NCBI GenBank assembly: GCA_041640035.1 | Contig: JBEQBC010000002.1 | Coordinates: 64,001 to 128,000, forward strand | Direction: 5' to 3' | Length of the DNA stretch: 64,000 nt | From: Candidatus Nanohaloarchaea archaeon | GTDB taxonomy: Archaea > Nanohalarchaeota > Nanosalinia > Nanosalinales > Nanosalinaceae | Program-made: the position numbers and the translations under genes | Shown here: positions 39,122 through 48,408 of the stretch, piece by piece | How the letters are laid out: each line of letters starts with the position of its first letter | How positions within the stretch are numbered: position 1 is the first letter of the stretch | Notes under the pieces: generated by a model | Told to the model about the DNA's origin: nothing | The model's database searches: none | The model's input: only the letters and a program-made list of their open reading frames with translations

Positions 39122-39522
39122 TGTCCTTCGGATATATCGTATAGATCTTCCCCATCATCGTTTTCTTCAGATTCTATCGTGTAGCCACTCCATGAGCTGT
39201 CTATAGTGGTTCTTGAATCTACCTTACAGGCCATTTTTCTTTCTTCCAGTGTTTCACCTTCTGGGTTTGTCAGTGTGTAATTATCGTAATTAAGTGTTAA
39301 TTCATAGCCATCCTGTAGATTTATCGTATTCGTGACCTCGTCTTCGTTTCCACAGACATTTCCTATGTCTTCAACGAGATTATTGGTAGAACTTCTGACA
39401 GCACCTTTCTGCTGGGCGCTCACTGAGCCTATTATTATCTGAGGCATGATAATGAGAGCCACTGTCAGCCCAATAGCTCCCGCCACCACATTAGACATTG
39501 TAACCGGACTTTGATTGGTCAT
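39118..39522 (-). CDS. Pilin-like protein
   Basis: Hydrophobic N-helix, then L...I..VC typical of archaeal minor pilins. Confidence 0.65.
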   Translation of the reverse strand: MTNQSPVTMSNVVAGAIGLTVALIIMPQIIIGSVSAQQKGAVRSSTNNLVEDIGNVCGNEDEVTNTINLQDGYELTLNYDNYTLTNPEGETLEERKMACKVDSRTTIDSSWSGYTIESEENDDGEDLYDISEGQ

Positions 39523-39749
39523 AGCTGCACCTCTATTCTTTTAGATTCTGTCTTAGGATATACTTCATCATTTTCATCACTAATAATAAAATCTAGATTT
39601 TGGCCTCTGCTATCGTCCTCTGCTCTTTCTGTAATATTGCCTACACCTTGTTCTCCTAGGTCAATTCCTCCGGAAATCATGCTGTAGATTATGGTTATGA
39701 CTATTACTGCTAATACTACTGCCATTGCAACTGCGGTTTCATGATTCAT
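39519..39749 (-). CDS. Small pilin-like protein (no leader)
   Basis: MNHETAVAMAVVLAVIVITIIYSMI. Confidence 0.65.
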   Translation of the reverse strand: MNHETAVAMAVVLAVIVITIIYSMISGGIDLGEQGVGNITERAEDDSRGQNLDFIISDENDEVYPKTESKRIEVQL

Positions 39750-39764
39750 TCATTAACACCATTT

Positions 39765-39896
39765 TTATTCTAAGGTCATGAATTCCGATAGGAATCCTTC
39801 AAATCCTCCTGTGTTTTGTTGTAAAAGCATAACTATCATCAAGAGTATCATTGCTCCAAGTAAAAGTGATACTACAAATCGGAGGGAAAAATCCAT
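39765..39896 (-). CDS. 43-aa pilin-like micro-protein
   Basis: Hand translation MDFSLRFVVSLLLGAMILLMIVMLLQQNTGGFEGFLSEFMTLE; fills the operon gap. Confidence 0.7.
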   Translation of the reverse strand: MDFSLRFVVSLLLGAMILLMIVMLLQQNTGGFEGFLSEFMTLE

Positions 39897-39927
39897 GTAT
39901 CTAGATAGGGTTTCGCCAGTTTTTATT

Positions 39928-40140
39928 CTATGGGTCCGGACCTACTGTAGATGCATCTTCGCTAAACTGGTTTAGGGCGTTATCTAGCCAGCCGGAAACC
40001 GATCCAAAGTAGACCGAGACAAATATTACTGCTAATGTTATAGCTGCGACAATGAAAACCGGTTTGTCAAGACCATATCTGTCTTTTTCTTTGGAGAGTT
40101 TGTAGTAGTTCTTCGAGACGCGATAAATATTTTTCATCAT
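39928..40140 (-). CDS. Small pilin-like protein
   Basis: Basic leader ...DRYG|LDKPVFIVAAITLAVIFV. Confidence 0.65.
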   Translation of the reverse strand: MMKNIYRVSKNYYKLSKEKDRYGLDKPVFIVAAITLAVIFVSVYFGSVSGWLDNALNQFSEDASTVGPDP

Positions 40141-41643
40141 CTAATTATCTACCTCTATAGTTTCATGGTACTCTATTGTGACCCTTTCATCTATTTCAAC
40201 ATAGTTGCCTCCATCAGTTACACATGAATCGGGATCCCCACCAGTTACCATGATATAGGTGGTAATTTTTGTGGCATCAATAGAAGGCATGTGATCCTGA
40301 TCAACGGTGTGCTCTCCTCCACTTCTTCCACCATCGTCTCTGTTGGTTTGAATATAACCTTCTGTTCCCGGACAAAGGACATATTTAGCTTCTGCACCGA
40401 AGTTAATTCCTCTTTCATCATCTCCTGGATCTCCTACTTCTATATCACCTTCATCTCCAGGTTCAAGTACCACAGGGGCATCTACAACTACATGACCTAA
40501 TTTGAGATTTATTCCAGGCCAGTTGGAATCTCCATCAATCACATCCACGCTGTAAGGAGCATATCTTGCAAACTGTAGTCCTGCGAGAGAAGGAATAATC
40601 GCTATATCACCGGAGCCCCATTCATGACTTGTGACGACGCCTGCACCTACGACAGCGATGGTTGAACCTGCCCATGGATTTCCTGTAGCTGACGCACCTA
40701 CGGCAGCTGCGCCAAATCCTACAGCAGTTACTGCTCCAGCCACGTAACCTTGCCAGCAGGTGTCATCCTGTTCGCCAACGACATAGTTAGCTGTCCATAC
40801 TGCATCCCTTCTTACCTCTCCTTTATTGTCTCTTGCCAGTATTATTGGTCTTTCTAGATCTTCAGAAAGTTTGAAAGGTACTCTTCCATATCTTCCTTCC
40901 ATATCGTTACCTGATCTTTTTGCCCATCCTGGCGTACTTTTACAGCTGAAGTAATTCCATACATCTGCTGAGGCAGATAATACTGTATCGATTGTTCCTC
41001 CAACAGTATATCCTATTGGATCGCTTAAGAAGCCGTTAATCGCTCCAGCAAATGCACTACCAGGTATGACCGAGTCTGCATTTTGTACACCTACGCATCT
41101 TGGAGTGTAATCTGTAAACTGGACTGCGTAGTTTGGAGCCTTTTCATAGAAAGGATTCTGTGTTGCTCTTCCAGGGAAGGTGTGCCAAGGAATTGTTTTC
41201 CAGGCATCATCATCGTTTGTAGCTTCTGTTATTCTTTCTTTAGTATCATCAGGTATTGTTATCAGGAATCCTCTATCCGAGTTTCCTGTGTCGTCCCTTG
41301 TAACTTCTTCAGAGTTTGGTACGGTATTTGCATAGAGCATTTGTCCAGATATTAGTTGTCCGGTTTTTGTACAGCTTATTGCTGATAGTTGACTTACTGC
41401 TATTACATCTCTAAACATTTCTGTACCTGGATATTCTGAGGTGAAGTCATCGTGATCTATTGCTCTTTGAATAGTACTATTATCTATGTATAGTCTGTTG
41501 TTTTCTCTTTCTAGAAGCATATCTACGGTGTCATATTCTTCATCTACTGACTCCGTCTTCATTGTTTGAAGTGATCCTAGCACTGCCGAGCCAATCATTA
41601 AGGGAATAATTACTAACCCTATTACTTTTGTGAGGGACCACAT
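40141..41643 (-). CDS. Large pilus-associated protein, paralog A
   Basis: N-terminal TM; shares PGW...GNDMEGRYG with the next gene; internal Ala/Gly hydrophobic hairpin. Confidence 0.7.
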   Translation of the reverse strand: MWSLTKVIGLVIIPLMIGSAVLGSLQTMKTESVDEEYDTVDMLLERENNRLYIDNSTIQRAIDHDDFTSEYPGTEMFRDVIAVSQLSAISCTKTGQLISGQMLYANTVPNSEEVTRDDTGNSDRGFLITIPDDTKERITEATNDDDAWKTIPWHTFPGRATQNPFYEKAPNYAVQFTDYTPRCVGVQNADSVIPGSAFAGAINGFLSDPIGYTVGGTIDTVLSASADVWNYFSCKSTPGWAKRSGNDMEGRYGRVPFKLSEDLERPIILARDNKGEVRRDAVWTANYVVGEQDDTCWQGYVAGAVTAVGFGAAAVGASATGNPWAGSTIAVVGAGVVTSHEWGSGDIAIIPSLAGLQFARYAPYSVDVIDGDSNWPGINLKLGHVVVDAPVVLEPGDEGDIEVGDPGDDERGINFGAEAKYVLCPGTEGYIQTNRDDGGRSGGEHTVDQDHMPSIDATKITTYIMVTGGDPDSCVTDGGNYVEIDERVTIEYHETIEVDN

Positions 41644-41682
41644 AACTATAGAATTGCTTTCTCTATTGTAAAAGGTACCGGA

Positions 41683-43158
41683 TTAGACAGGCATCCAGCC
41701 TATTTCCCATATATGTGTAAGTAAATCTTCATCTCCACCCGTACCGCCTTCGTGGTTCCATCTATATCTTCTAGTCACACATTCATATTCTTCGCCTAGG
41801 TAATCTACGACCTGCCCCTCATTTGCGTCCGATAGACTGTCACAAGAGTAGGTGGTTCCACCGGAGCTAAGATCTCCATGGTATTCCAGATCAGGGTCAG
41901 GATAGAAATGCCGATTCTGGAGGCAGTTTGTTGCATTTACTTTTACTCTGATGAAGGTGAATGTGCGGCTTTCGAAACCACGGTACTCTCCAACAATCTT
42001 ATTGTTTTTACCCCATACGGCTTCACCCTCATTCCATATGGTGTTCGCGTTTGTCTTTACATACCCTGATGCGCCTTCACATATGGCATACCAAACATCT
42101 CTTCTTGGAAAGTCTCCCCATCCGTCCCCACCATTATCGCCATAGTCACTTCCATCAACTTCTTCATCTATATTTTCTTTTGTCAAGATAGGTGCCTCTA
42201 TGATGGCATCGCTTTCAGCGCTTTGATGCTCATTAAATGGAGGACTATTACCATTAACTCCGTAATTAAGATCTTGAGGGGACCCAGCTCCATCATCTGG
42301 GTAGGGAAGATAATCCATCCATTCGTTGGCCTCATAGAATTCAGGGCCTACATACTCCTCGTTATCAGCAGGACAGTTACCAACATAATTCAGGAATTGT
42401 GCTGCCCATACTCGACTACCTGAGTCTCTTCCGGGAAAGAATGTCTGAGCTGCTTCGAAAGTAATCTGTCCGTAACGACCTTCCATGTCATTTCCACGGT
42501 TCGATAGCCATCCCGGCTCTAATTTACAGGTCGCCATGTTCCATAGATCTTCCAAACCTCCCATCAGAGTTCCGAAAGTGAATTGGAAGGCAATACCTAT
42601 CAAGTCGCCTTCTCTCAGTGCTTGAGATCTTTTATCTACAATATGATGACTTATCTCGTTACCTGTTCCCACGCATGTAGGTACGAAGTTGGATCTTTCC
42701 AAATAATTGAAGGGGCGATACCATCCTTCTCTGTCACCACTGGAGCGGTGTTGACGGCCAGGTATAGAATATTTGATCTTTTTTTCACTGTTTTGAGCTA
42801 TCTTACTTGGCCATTCCCATCCTGATACATATTCAGAAACTCTTTGTCCCCCTATATCATCCTGACCGCTTTCTACCTCACCATGAATCCAGTATAGAAG
42901 CTGGCAGTTAACAGCTGATATCTGACTATATATCACTAAATCCCTAAATTGTTCCTTCGCTCTTCGCTGACGCAAAGTCTCTCCCTCAGGAGATTGACCT
43001 ATCACAATATGCCGAGCTTCCTGATTTATGTCCTGTCTCGCATTTTCCTGCCAGAAGTTGAGTTCATTCTCCTTCATTTGCTGGAGACCGGCTAATATGA
43101 CTCCTCCAAACATCAGCGGAATCATTACTATAACAACAATCTTCTTTACAGATAACAT
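41683..43158 (-). CDS. Large pilus-associated protein, paralog B
   Basis: N-terminal TM; GNDMEGRYG motif; Cys-rich. Confidence 0.7.
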   Translation of the reverse strand: MLSVKKIVVIVMIPLMFGGVILAGLQQMKENELNFWQENARQDINQEARHIVIGQSPEGETLRQRRAKEQFRDLVIYSQISAVNCQLLYWIHGEVESGQDDIGGQRVSEYVSGWEWPSKIAQNSEKKIKYSIPGRQHRSSGDREGWYRPFNYLERSNFVPTCVGTGNEISHHIVDKRSQALREGDLIGIAFQFTFGTLMGGLEDLWNMATCKLEPGWLSNRGNDMEGRYGQITFEAAQTFFPGRDSGSRVWAAQFLNYVGNCPADNEEYVGPEFYEANEWMDYLPYPDDGAGSPQDLNYGVNGNSPPFNEHQSAESDAIIEAPILTKENIDEEVDGSDYGDNGGDGWGDFPRRDVWYAICEGASGYVKTNANTIWNEGEAVWGKNNKIVGEYRGFESRTFTFIRVKVNATNCLQNRHFYPDPDLEYHGDLSSGGTTYSCDSLSDANEGQVVDYLGEEYECVTRRYRWNHEGGTGGDEDLLTHIWEIGWMPV

Positions 43159-43159
43159 G

Positions 43160-43375
43160 TTAACAAAGCTCTAAGCGGCCTCCAGTCATGTCTGCAATTA
43201 CTGATGCTAGGTTGGTACATCCTGAGGCGGCTTCTCCTGATTTTTGGATTGCTGAGACAGTCATTGTTCCCAGAATAAGGAGCAAGAGTAAAGCAATTAT
43301 TAGCCCTATTATAAATGGTACAGCCTGTACCCCTTTCCTGTGTGCTTTTACTTTCAGGGAAGGGTTGATTGCCAT
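43160..43375 (-). CDS. Pilin with class III signal peptide
   Basis: HRKG|VQAVPFIIGLIIALLLLLILG. Confidence 0.78.
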   Translation of the reverse strand: MAINPSLKVKAHRKGVQAVPFIIGLIIALLLLLILGTMTVSAIQKSGEAASGCTNLASVIADMTGGRLELC

Positions 43376-43461
43376 GTTGACATAAACGCGGCGATCAGTA
43401 TTAAAGCTAATGCCAGCCCTATCATCGCATTTATCCCAAGTTCTGCTTTTCTAGACTGCAC
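43354..43461 (-). CDS. 35-aa mini-pilin
   Basis: GTG start overlapping the platform stop; MQSRKA|ELGINAMIGLALALILIAAFMSTWQSTLP. Confidence 0.6.
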   Translation of the reverse strand: MQSRKAELGINAMIGLALALILIAAFMSTWQSTLP

Positions 43462-45634
43462 CCATCTCACCCACCATTCCACCGAACATCAGAGACACTA
43501 TAAGTAAAGTCATGGTATAGAACATGAGTCCGGCAATCATAACTTTTCCGATAAACATATTTCTGTAAGTCTCGTTCTCTCCCTTCGTAATCTTCATGTA
43601 GAAGGTTCCAAGCAGGTATAGAAGTTGAATTAAATACAACCCTACAACGAGCTGCAGAAGTTCTGGCGGGATAGCCTCATCCAGATTTCCTAGGATCCCT
43701 CCGAAGCTGGATACACCTCCGCCTCCAGGAGCTCCGGCAGGGCCGCCACCTGAACCTATACCCGCGTTAGCTTCTTGGAAGGATGATGATAATCCAAACA
43801 TAGAGGTTATGATTGTCTGGCTCATTCCTACCGCTACTCCTGATACAACTGGTGCAAGCATGTATGCAAGCATCTGGATAGTGGTTGTAGTATCTTCCAT
43901 CAAATCGTTAAGCTTTTCCTGCGTCTCATGGATGTTCTCCAGATATCTCGAAATCGTAAGCATCGCCTGAGAGGCCATCTTATTTCCTTTCTCTGATGAA
44001 CGGATTATAGCCCGCATTACTGTCGATATTAGCTGGCTTGGGAACTCATGTACTGCTCCGTACTGATCATCAAACAGAGATTCCTCAAATGTCATACCCA
44101 TTCTGTGAATATTTGCTGATGCCGAGTTGAACAACTGAGAGATCTCCATATCTGATGTTGCCTCCGCTGCATCCTCCAATGCGACTTCTATAGGTGTTCC
44201 ACCCGATATCTTGTTTCCAAGCTGGAACAGTGCTGTTGGGAACTGTTTCTCGATGCTATGGATTTCCTCTTCAGCTGCCTTACGCTCCATGTTCCCAAGT
44301 ACTTTAGAAACCCCTATCCCAAGCCCCAAACCTAGTGTTATTGAAACACTCCTGAGCAACATCGGTAGCGGCGCCAGAGAACCATCCGATACAAAAATAC
44401 CTGGAACAGCTGCAGGATCAATATCCGAGACAGGATAGAAAGCCGGGAATGCCAGATATCCTAGGAACCCATAGGCTGATATAACCATGAATATTGCTGC
44501 ACCTATCATCCAAGTGGGTATCTCCAGTTCAGAGTCGATAAGTTCTATCCTGTAGATCCCACGCTCAGGAAGCCGTTCCTCATCAGTTGAAGAGCTTGAT
44601 GATACCGTTGGAGGTCGGGAGCTAAGCACTCTCTGCATGAATACATACAGGGAGGCAGGAAGCATGATGTTAAATAGTATAATTAGATGCATAGGCGTTA
44701 TAGCGTCCCCCATAAAGACCGAGATAAGTGGGAGCATAATCATCGCAAGTACAGGCAGCATAGCTCCTAATGCGTTCAGTATCATGACCGGCGTTTTCAA
44801 CCCCTGAGCGTAGTGCTTCATCTCTTCCCGGGTTCCATCCAGAATGGTATCAATAGCGTCCTGAAGCATATCATTCCTTCTTTCCGCGTTTGGTTCATTC
44901 ATTGAGCCTTTGATCAGGTTCAGAGACTGCAGGAAGTCGTCATTGTAGTCTTTCCATTTCTTGGTGTAGTTCTCGAGAGATGTCTCTACATTTGAGTATT
45001 CTCCAACCTCTACATTCCATAGCACCTCTTTCAGATCGTCTGAGATAGGTCCATCTAAGTTCAGTGCCGCAAAACGTAGAGCTCCTTCCAAATTTGGACT
45101 CGAACGCATGTATACAACCATGTAGAGTATTGCAAGGATCATCTCTCCGCTGCTCCGGATCACCTTGTTTTTGGCCTCGAATTTAGGCTTGTAGAAGATG
45201 AATACTGCTACGCCAAACGGAATAATAGCCGATATCGCCATCAATGAAACAGGTATAATAGCTCCAAGTAGCATGTTTACCGCAAATACGAACATCCAGG
45301 TAAGAAAACCTATTATTGCAGCTCCTACAGTTCCTGAGAGAACCTGACCTGGCGTAATCTGCCATCCAAGAAGATTGATAGCTGGATTCAGTTTATTAAT
45401 TGTGCTTTCGTCTGCTTCAAGATTGAGGTAGCCTGCCATTCTGTGGCAGAACTTTTCATATTTAGATATCTGTCGGGCGTCTTTCTCTTCTTCCTTAAAT
45501 TCCTTGTATCTTTTTGAGTACAGGCTGTGACGGTTGTTGTCGTATGGAGGGAGTTGGAGATCTTTGTCTATATCGTTGATGATGTTCTCTATATCTTCTT
45601 TTTCTTCTTCTCCTATTCCCTCTTCATCTCTCAA
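43451..45634 (-). CDS. Type IV pilus/T2SS membrane platform protein (two T2SSF domains, TadB/TadC/FlaJ-like)
   Basis: Two cytoplasmic T2SSF-like segments (LEGALRFAA...; FPTALFQLGNKISGGTPIEVAL) between TM bundles; adjacent to the ATPase. Confidence 0.85.
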   Translation of the reverse strand: MRDEEGIGEEEKEDIENIINDIDKDLQLPPYDNNRHSLYSKRYKEFKEEEKDARQISKYEKFCHRMAGYLNLEADESTINKLNPAINLLGWQITPGQVLSGTVGAAIIGFLTWMFVFAVNMLLGAIIPVSLMAISAIIPFGVAVFIFYKPKFEAKNKVIRSSGEMILAILYMVVYMRSSPNLEGALRFAALNLDGPISDDLKEVLWNVEVGEYSNVETSLENYTKKWKDYNDDFLQSLNLIKGSMNEPNAERRNDMLQDAIDTILDGTREEMKHYAQGLKTPVMILNALGAMLPVLAMIMLPLISVFMGDAITPMHLIILFNIMLPASLYVFMQRVLSSRPPTVSSSSSTDEERLPERGIYRIELIDSELEIPTWMIGAAIFMVISAYGFLGYLAFPAFYPVSDIDPAAVPGIFVSDGSLAPLPMLLRSVSITLGLGLGIGVSKVLGNMERKAAEEEIHSIEKQFPTALFQLGNKISGGTPIEVALEDAAEATSDMEISQLFNSASANIHRMGMTFEESLFDDQYGAVHEFPSQLISTVMRAIIRSSEKGNKMASQAMLTISRYLENIHETQEKLNDLMEDTTTTIQMLAYMLAPVVSGVAVGMSQTIITSMFGLSSSFQEANAGIGSGGGPAGAPGGGGVSSFGGILGNLDEAIPPELLQLVVGLYLIQLLYLLGTFYMKITKGENETYRNMFIGKVMIAGLMFYTMTLLIVSLMFGGMVGEMGAV

Positions 45635-45640
45635 TCCGTA

Positions 45641-47905
45641 TTACACCTGTCTTTCCAGCCATTCTTCCCATCGAGCCATTATTCTCTCGGTTTCTTGCCC
45701 GCCATATTCTTTCCTTACGTCTTCAGCTATAGTATGGTACTTCTGATTTGCTTTTACAACGAACTCTGCTTCCAGAAGCTCATCGTTACCTGTTTCATCT
45801 GCTTTATCAGCGATTTTCTGCTTCATGTCTTTTCTCAGTTGGATATTGTCCCATACTGCTTCCCAGTTGTTCTTCCATTCACGGATATTGGAGGCGATAC
45901 GGTTCAGGATAAGTGATTCGCCGTTCAGAAGTGTATCCGTTGGAACGAGTTCGTCCTTGTTGCTGTCATAACGCATAAGTTCAACGAAGGCATTCTCTTC
46001 TTGTGGGTCGTCTGTCCAGGATTTTCTGACCTCTGTGATACCTGTTACTCTTCTATATGTTTCCAGGCCGTCAGGGCTTCTAATCTTGTTGACTGATACG
46101 ATGATATCTGTAGCTTTGAAAGAAGTTTTCGGTACATTTAGGTCGTTGACCACTCGGTCGAATACGGAATATGCGTCTTCTCCGTGGATTGTTCCTCCAA
46201 CGAAGTTCGCGACTGCTCCTACACGCATAGCCTCGTAAAGTGCCTGAGCTTCATCCGATCTTACTTCTCCGATGACAAGTGCTGAGTCTCCTAACCGGAG
46301 TGATGTTCTGATTGCTTCATCTGCTCCTAACTCACTTTCGTTCTGAGTAATTACGGACTGTGATTTCATCCTTTCGATGTTGTATCCGAGGTCTTTCATC
46401 TGCGGAATCGGTAGCTCTAGAGTGTCCTCTACTGTGACTATACGGTGGTTTTTCATGATTTCGAGCATGGATGCTGATAGTATGGATGTTTTTCCTGCTC
46501 CTCTTGTCCCTGCGAATAGTACGGACCGGTTTCCGTCGACGATGAATGATAGTAGTGCGGCTCCGAGTGCATTGATCATGCCGTTGTTGACGAATAATGG
46601 TAGTGTCCATGCTCTTGATCGGTGTCGTCGGAAAGCGAACGCTAATCCTTCGGGTGATAGGCTTTCCTGGATGACTGCTACTCGTGCTCGTCCTCCTTCG
46701 ACCTCTGTCTCAGTGTCCAGTACCGGGTTGGCTTCGTCGAGTGGTCGGCCTGACTGTATTCTGAACCGGGTTGCCCATGACTCTGCCTCGTCTCTTGTCG
46801 GTATCAGGTTGGTTTTGCATTCCTCGTAGTCCTGATGGCTGATGTACATCGGTGAGTCTCCGATCGGGGAGTTGATGTAGACATCCTGCACTTTCGGGTC
46901 AGAAAGCAGAAGTTCGAGTACTCCGAGTCCGGAGGTGTACCTGTTTAGTATGCTTGTTAGTTCTTCGAGTTCTTCCATCTCTAGGTTCATGTCCATTTGT
47001 GCGGCGATATCTCTGAGCATGTCTTTTCCGATGTTCTCGAATACATCACGCATTCTTTCCGGCTGAGCGAACTCTCCGGACTCCGGTTTATGTGACGCCA
47101 TATATCTCCTGGCTGCGTCAAGCAGCTTGTACTTCTCTTCAGAAAGGTTGAACTCCGGCGGATCGATGTGGTATACTGGCCGGGTTTTTCCTGGTACGCG
47201 GTAGATGGTTACTTCTACATCGTTCCGAGCTTCGTACCGGTCGATCTCCTCTCCTTTTTCGGGAGGGAGGCTCATGAACTTCGTAAGCATGAAGTTAGGC
47301 CGAACCAGAGGGTGGAAGAACTCTCTGTATACATCCCTGTCCCCTACATGGAATCCTGTAATGTACTCTTGTGCCTGATCGATTATCTGGCAATCTTCTA
47401 TTCTTTCTCTTATAGGCTTGAGAACATCCTGTACGAAGTATTTGTTGCATCTCTTCTGCTGTGGGTAACCTTCCTTCATTTTCTGTTTCATGTGGCGCTC
47501 TTTTCTCTTTATCTTGACATATGCGCCGACAGGATCTCTTCTAAGCCTGTCTAGCACTATTTTCTGTACTTCAGGTAGTTCTTCTGAGTAGAGTTCCTGG
47601 CATTTCTTTCTGTCGATGTCCTGTGACAGGTAGCCCTGATTGGCTATGTCTTCTATGGCTGTTGAGATTTCTTTCAATAGTTCTATCTGTTCTTCGGTGT
47701 ATTCGTAGTCTCTGGATTCTGATAGTACTACGGAGCTGGCTCCTGGTACTTCTTCTAATATGTCTACTACTCTTCCCATTACTTCGGGGTAGTCCTCTAT
47801 TGAGGCTCCGTAGACTGATCCCAAGGTGTTCACTTCTATTGTGCCGGATTCTTCGTCGTATTCGTAGTCGAAGATGTCTTTGTCTGAAGGGGGCATACCA
47901 AGCAT
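45641..47905 (-). CDS. Type II/IV secretion/pilus assembly ATPase (VirB11/TadA/FlaI family) with long N-terminal extension
   Basis: Walker A GTRGAGKT, TVEDTLEL, SLRLGDSALVIGEVRS.EA and GTIHG. Confidence 0.93.
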   Translation of the reverse strand: MLGMPPSDKDIFDYEYDEESGTIEVNTLGSVYGASIEDYPEVMGRVVDILEEVPGASSVVLSESRDYEYTEEQIELLKEISTAIEDIANQGYLSQDIDRKKCQELYSEELPEVQKIVLDRLRRDPVGAYVKIKRKERHMKQKMKEGYPQQKRCNKYFVQDVLKPIRERIEDCQIIDQAQEYITGFHVGDRDVYREFFHPLVRPNFMLTKFMSLPPEKGEEIDRYEARNDVEVTIYRVPGKTRPVYHIDPPEFNLSEEKYKLLDAARRYMASHKPESGEFAQPERMRDVFENIGKDMLRDIAAQMDMNLEMEELEELTSILNRYTSGLGVLELLLSDPKVQDVYINSPIGDSPMYISHQDYEECKTNLIPTRDEAESWATRFRIQSGRPLDEANPVLDTETEVEGGRARVAVIQESLSPEGLAFAFRRHRSRAWTLPLFVNNGMINALGAALLSFIVDGNRSVLFAGTRGAGKTSILSASMLEIMKNHRIVTVEDTLELPIPQMKDLGYNIERMKSQSVITQNESELGADEAIRTSLRLGDSALVIGEVRSDEAQALYEAMRVGAVANFVGGTIHGEDAYSVFDRVVNDLNVPKTSFKATDIIVSVNKIRSPDGLETYRRVTGITEVRKSWTDDPQEENAFVELMRYDSNKDELVPTDTLLNGESLILNRIASNIREWKNNWEAVWDNIQLRKDMKQKIADKADETGNDELLEAEFVVKANQKYHTIAEDVRKEYGGQETERIMARWEEWLERQV

Positions 47906-47938
47906 TATTATTCGGGGTTTCCTAAATTAAAAGATACG

Positions 47939-48349
47939 ATGCCAGATCAAGACCTGATCAACCAGATTATTAACCGGGTGAACGATTTCAACCGGCGGAT
48001 GAGAGACCTGGAGGAGAAAATCCGGAACCTGACTGCCCGAGTTAATACTCTTGACGATACGATTATGAACAAGACCAAGACCCTGAATAATGACTTACAG
48101 GAACTGGATGACGAGATAGGAGAGCTCAGCGATCGTATCGCAAACCTAGAGGTCGATGTAAAGGAAATCAACCGTGAAAAGCGTAAGTATGTGAGCCAGC
48201 AGGAACTTGAGGAGATGGAGAACTACATGGATCTCATGAACCCTGTGAATTCTAATTTCACGACTGAGAAGCAGGTTGATCAGAAGATCGAGAACAATTC
48301 ACTAAGCCAAGAGGAAGTTGAGAAACTGATTGAGCAGAAGATGAATTAA
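47939..48349 (+). CDS. Coiled-coil protein divergent from the pilus ATPase
   Basis: Continuous heptads; ends with Y.DL.NP..S.F.T. Confidence 0.75.
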   Translation: MPDQDLINQIINRVNDFNRRMRDLEEKIRNLTARVNTLDDTIMNKTKTLNNDLQELDDEIGELSDRIANLEVDVKEINREKRKYVSQQELEEMENYMDLMNPVNSNFTTEKQVDQKIENNSLSQEEVEKLIEQKMN

Positions 48350-48408
48350 AGTGTGTATGATTTAATAACGGGCGGAACCAAAATGTTTTCTAGAGGTAAT
48401 CCTGATAA

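Noticed and set aside
43451-47905. Archaellum (flaI/flaJ) assignment
   Set aside because: No archaellin, FlaH or FlaF/G in the locus; the ATPase has an atypical long N-terminus.
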